From: a virus
Strand: one strand, 5' to 3'
Virus record (IMG/VR): IMGVR_UViG_3300031578_000014
Length of the DNA: 64,000 nucleotides
In this document: positions 61,684-64,000 of the stretch, piece after piece
Layout of the letters: the number at the start of each line of letters is the position of its first letter
Position numbering within the stretch: the first letter of the stretch is position 1
The notes under the pieces: model-generated
What the model saw: the letters and a program-made list of their open reading frames with translations, nothing else
Databases searched by the model: none
Told to the model about the DNA's origin: nothing
Translations under genes and position numbers: made by a program

Positions 61684-63126
61684 CTACTTGAGGGCAAGGG
61701 TGATCTCACGTCCTGTGATCGTGATGTGAATCCCAAGGGAGCGCAGGAGAGCCTTCATTTGCGCCACACGATCGGGGTCGTGCCAGGCGGCGAGGATGTC
61801 ATCTACCGCGGCGAGGTTCTTCCAGTCTTCCTTGAGGCGTTCGGGGTCTACCGTCGCCTTTTCCTTTTCCTGCAGGCGCGTGGCCGTGACTTCGCTAACC
61901 TCCTCCAGCCGCAGTTTGTGGGTGTAGAATTCGCTGCGACTTAGCAGACCGTCCTCATAGTCCCGTCTCCACCGATCGAGTGCGCTCCGGTGCCGGTCAA
62001 GGGCTTTGCGAAGTTGCTCGATCTCCTGGTTCGGGTTCTCCTTGATTTCGTAGCGGACCATCTCCGGGCGTTCTAACCGGTACTGCAGCCAGGCCGCCAC
62101 GTGCCCCTCCACGATCTCTAGCCGCATGCTCACCCGCGCGTCATGACGCAGACAGGCGTAGTATCTGGCATCCCCGCTTCTGGCAATCTTCATCAGGCCT
62201 CCGCACAGACCGCAATGGACCAACCCGCTCAGGGCATAGACTGTGTACGGCGCCCGAGGTCCCTGCCCCTTCCTGGCCCCCATCTCGCGCTGCGTTCGCT
62301 CCCAATCGTCAACGCTGACTAAGGCTTCATGATGCCCGTCGGCGAGGATCCATTCTGAACGCGGCTTGCGCTTGTGCTTGCCATGACGCTTCCAGGCGGT
62401 GAACCCTGCATAGAAAGGGTTCCGAAGGATGTACCTCACCGGAGTGACCCAGGTAGGATGCCGTTCGCTGGCGTAGAGGGGTAGTCTCCTCACGATCTCG
62501 CTCATAGACTCCCCTTCCAGGTACCAACGATAGATCAACCGCACTACCGCCGCCTCTGGCTCGTAGACCTCCGGAACCTGCCCGTTCTTGCGGTAGCCAT
62601 AGGGCGTTTTGCCCACGTGCCGGCCAGACTTAACCTCCCGGGTCATGCCCCGATCGTGCCGGGCCCGCAACTCCATGATTTCGTCCTGCGCCTTGGCCCG
62701 CTCGATGGAACGCATCCAAAGCCCTGCGCGGTCCCGGTGATTAGAGAAGTCTTTGGGCTCCTGAACTCTGGTGGGCATGGACATAGAGAGGATTTGCACG
62801 TTGTAGGAGGCTAGATATTCTTCCAGTTGGGCGACCAGGGCGTCGGTGCGCCCCAGGCGGTCCCGGCCCCTACAGATCAGCAGGTCGATTTGCCCTTCCC
62901 TGGCGAGGGTCATTAGAGAGGAATAGGGAGGCATGTCAACGGCGGCGTCGGCCAGGAAGATGTAGTTTCTGGAATGACCGGGGATCACAAGAGGATCGCG
63001 GACCTCGTGCCAGCCTTCGTTTTGCTCAATCAGCTCACGGCCGGCGGAGATCTGCGTGGGGATTGAGTCCTTGGTTTCGTCAGCCTGCGGTTTGCTCGAA
63101 ACGGCTGCCCAGAGGAGACATCGCAT
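61684..63126 (-). CDS. large serine recombinase (integrase)
   Basis: N-terminal resolvase-type catalytic region LLWAAVSSKPQ..; recombinase domain; zinc ribbon CGLCGG..YYACLRH; coiled-coil C-terminus. Confidence 0.9.
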   Translation of the reverse strand: MRCLLWAAVSSKPQADETKDSIPTQISAGRELIEQNEGWHEVRDPLVIPGHSRNYIFLADAAVDMPPYSSLMTLAREGQIDLLICRGRDRLGRTDALVAQLEEYLASYNVQILSMSMPTRVQEPKDFSNHRDRAGLWMRSIERAKAQDEIMELRARHDRGMTREVKSGRHVGKTPYGYRKNGQVPEVYEPEAAVVRLIYRWYLEGESMSEIVRRLPLYASERHPTWVTPVRYILRNPFYAGFTAWKRHGKHKRKPRSEWILADGHHEALVSVDDWERTQREMGARKGQGPRAPYTVYALSGLVHCGLCGGLMKIARSGDARYYACLRHDARVSMRLEIVEGHVAAWLQYRLERPEMVRYEIKENPNQEIEQLRKALDRHRSALDRWRRDYEDGLLSRSEFYTHKLRLEEVSEVTATRLQEKEKATVDPERLKEDWKNLAAVDDILAAWHDPDRVAQMKALLRSLGIHITITGREITLALK

Positions 63127-63131
63127 AGTAA

Positions 63132-63485
63132 CTATCGGCGATTCGCATCCCGGGCGATCTTCGCCACGTCAATGAGACTATGAATCAACTTCTCCCTTAC
63201 CGAAGGAGCCGAACGGATGACGTCGATCAGTTCCTTTTCAGAGGGGCTTAGTTCGGGGTTCGGACCCGTGGGCGGTTCATACCAACCCGCCGCCTCATAG
63301 AGTACCAGGACGTTCACCTCATAGGCTTGGGCCAGCGCGGCCAGCGTGGACGCTGCTACGCGAGGGCTCTGCCCATCTTCGAGGCGGGAGATGTTGGATC
63401 CGCTGATGCCGGAAGCCCGGAAGGCTTCATCAAGCGTCCACCCCTTGTGTTGGCGTAGTTGTCGGAGTTTGCTCCCTAGATTCAT
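63132..63485 (-). CDS. XRE/cI-like HTH repressor
   Basis: MNLGSKLRQLRQHKGWTLDEAFRASGISGSNISRLEDGQ; 5 nt upstream of integrase; ATG 63485 sits at the predicted TSS. Confidence 0.8.
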   Translation of the reverse strand: MNLGSKLRQLRQHKGWTLDEAFRASGISGSNISRLEDGQSPRVAASTLAALAQAYEVNVLVLYEAAGWYEPPTGPNPELSPSEKELIDVIRSAPSVREKLIHSLIDVAKIARDANRR

Positions 63486-63491
63486 GCTTCT

Positions 63492-63521
63492 ATCATACCA
63501 CAAACGCCCCTAGACTGTCAA
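63492..63521 (-). promoter_or_regulatory. repressor promoter (leaderless-type)
   Basis: Minus strand TTGACA-N18-TGgTATGAT, then 6 nt, then ATG. Confidence 0.7.
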
Positions 63522-63594
63522 TGAGCAGGCGGGAAGGGCCTTGAATCCCCTCAAATCTTTAAGATTGGATACCAAAACTTTAACATAAACCCCC

Positions 63595-63623
63595 TTGACA
63601 ACTTTCAAAAACAGAGGTATAAT
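63595..63623 (+). promoter_or_regulatory. consensus sigma70 promoter, divergent from repressor (PR-like)
   Basis: TTGACA(63595-600)-N17-TATAAT(63618-23). Confidence 0.8.
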
Positions 63624-64000
63624 GTAGGTAGAAACTTGAAAGGTTTCAATAGCCAAAGCCCCAGAGGGAGAGATAGATCCCGAGACCGGGCCGAGCCGGA
63701 CGAAGAACCGGACGAGACGCGGGAAGGCCAGAGGGCCGAGGGGGCGGGCAAGCAAGCCAGGAGCCAGGGCTAGAGGTTTAACTGGGAGATAACCCGGAGC
63801 GACCGGAGAGAGTACAGAACCGGACCGGGGTAAGGCCCAGGGAGGGGCGGCGGAAGGCGGCCTACCGAAGCGAGAGCGAATGGCACGCAGCCAGAGGCAA
63901 GAACGGGGCGCAGGAGCTGGTTGGCTCCTGCTGTGGTGGCCGGAAGCATTCGGGCCACCTAACAGCAGCCAACCGATAATGAAAGGGGGGCGCAATGACT

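Noticed and set aside
63510-63995. 161-aa minus-strand ORF across the lytic-promoter leader
   Set aside because: It is the pyrimidine-rich antisense of the T-depleted leader, with P/L/R-rich translation. It would read through both divergent promoters.
1-64000. Genome-wide reassignment of TGA (code 4/25-like) as an explanation for the two in-frame TGAs
   Set aside because: TGA is clearly used as a stop in many ATGA/GTGA stop-start overlaps (e.g. 13312-14, 24722-24, 30177-79, 31288-90, 15756-58). Many well-defined genes also end at TGA.

Overview
The window reads as one nearly complete, GC-rich, temperate tailed-phage genome (siphovirus-like gene order) or prophage. Almost every gene is on the + strand and tightly packed, with ATGA/GTGA stop-start overlaps and a recurrent GGAGGGAGC-type RBS. 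From left to right the modules are as follows. (1) An early/DNA-metabolism module (1-18.9 kb): HTH protein, three DNA methyltransferases, SbcC/SbcD-like nuclease pair, Topo-VI-A/Spo11-like 'mini-A' protein, PD-(D/E)xK nuclease, two HNH endonucleases, and an autonomous promoter-gene-terminator 'moron'. It also holds a first membrane-protein + SleB-like hydrolase pair. (2) An unusual 400-bp array of NNGGC pentamers lies directly upstream of terS-terL (19.3-21.2 kb). It is followed by a fourth methyltransferase and the portal gene. (3) A ~10 kb accessory island lies between portal and MuF-like head gene. It encodes a proteasome-beta/HslV-like Ntn peptidase, glycosyltransferases, a sulfotransferase, a GNAT, a SAM-methyltransferase, a HAD-like phosphatase and several small paralog families. 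(4) A promoter-to-terminator unit of ~850 nt has no intact ORF (35.7-36.6 kb). (5) The head genes include a ChaB-like/protease-scaffold ORF interrupted by an in-frame TGA, the major capsid protein and a dual-GT2 glycosyltransferase. (6) The tail genes include a tail tube protein with a C-terminal Asp-box propeller, chaperones needing a +1 shift, the tape measure, an HNH endonuclease with six zinc-finger repeats, and baseplate/fibre paralogs. (7) A second lysis cassette carries an 869-aa multidomain endolysin. (8) The lysogeny region has a Myb/HTH-metallophosphoesterase, a membrane protein, a large serine integrase (-), an XRE repressor (-) with an apparently leaderless promoter, and a consensus divergent lytic promoter. 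I saw no rRNA, tRNA or CRISPR array by eye. All functional calls rest on motifs I can read in the translated ORFs plus gene order; no database search was possible.
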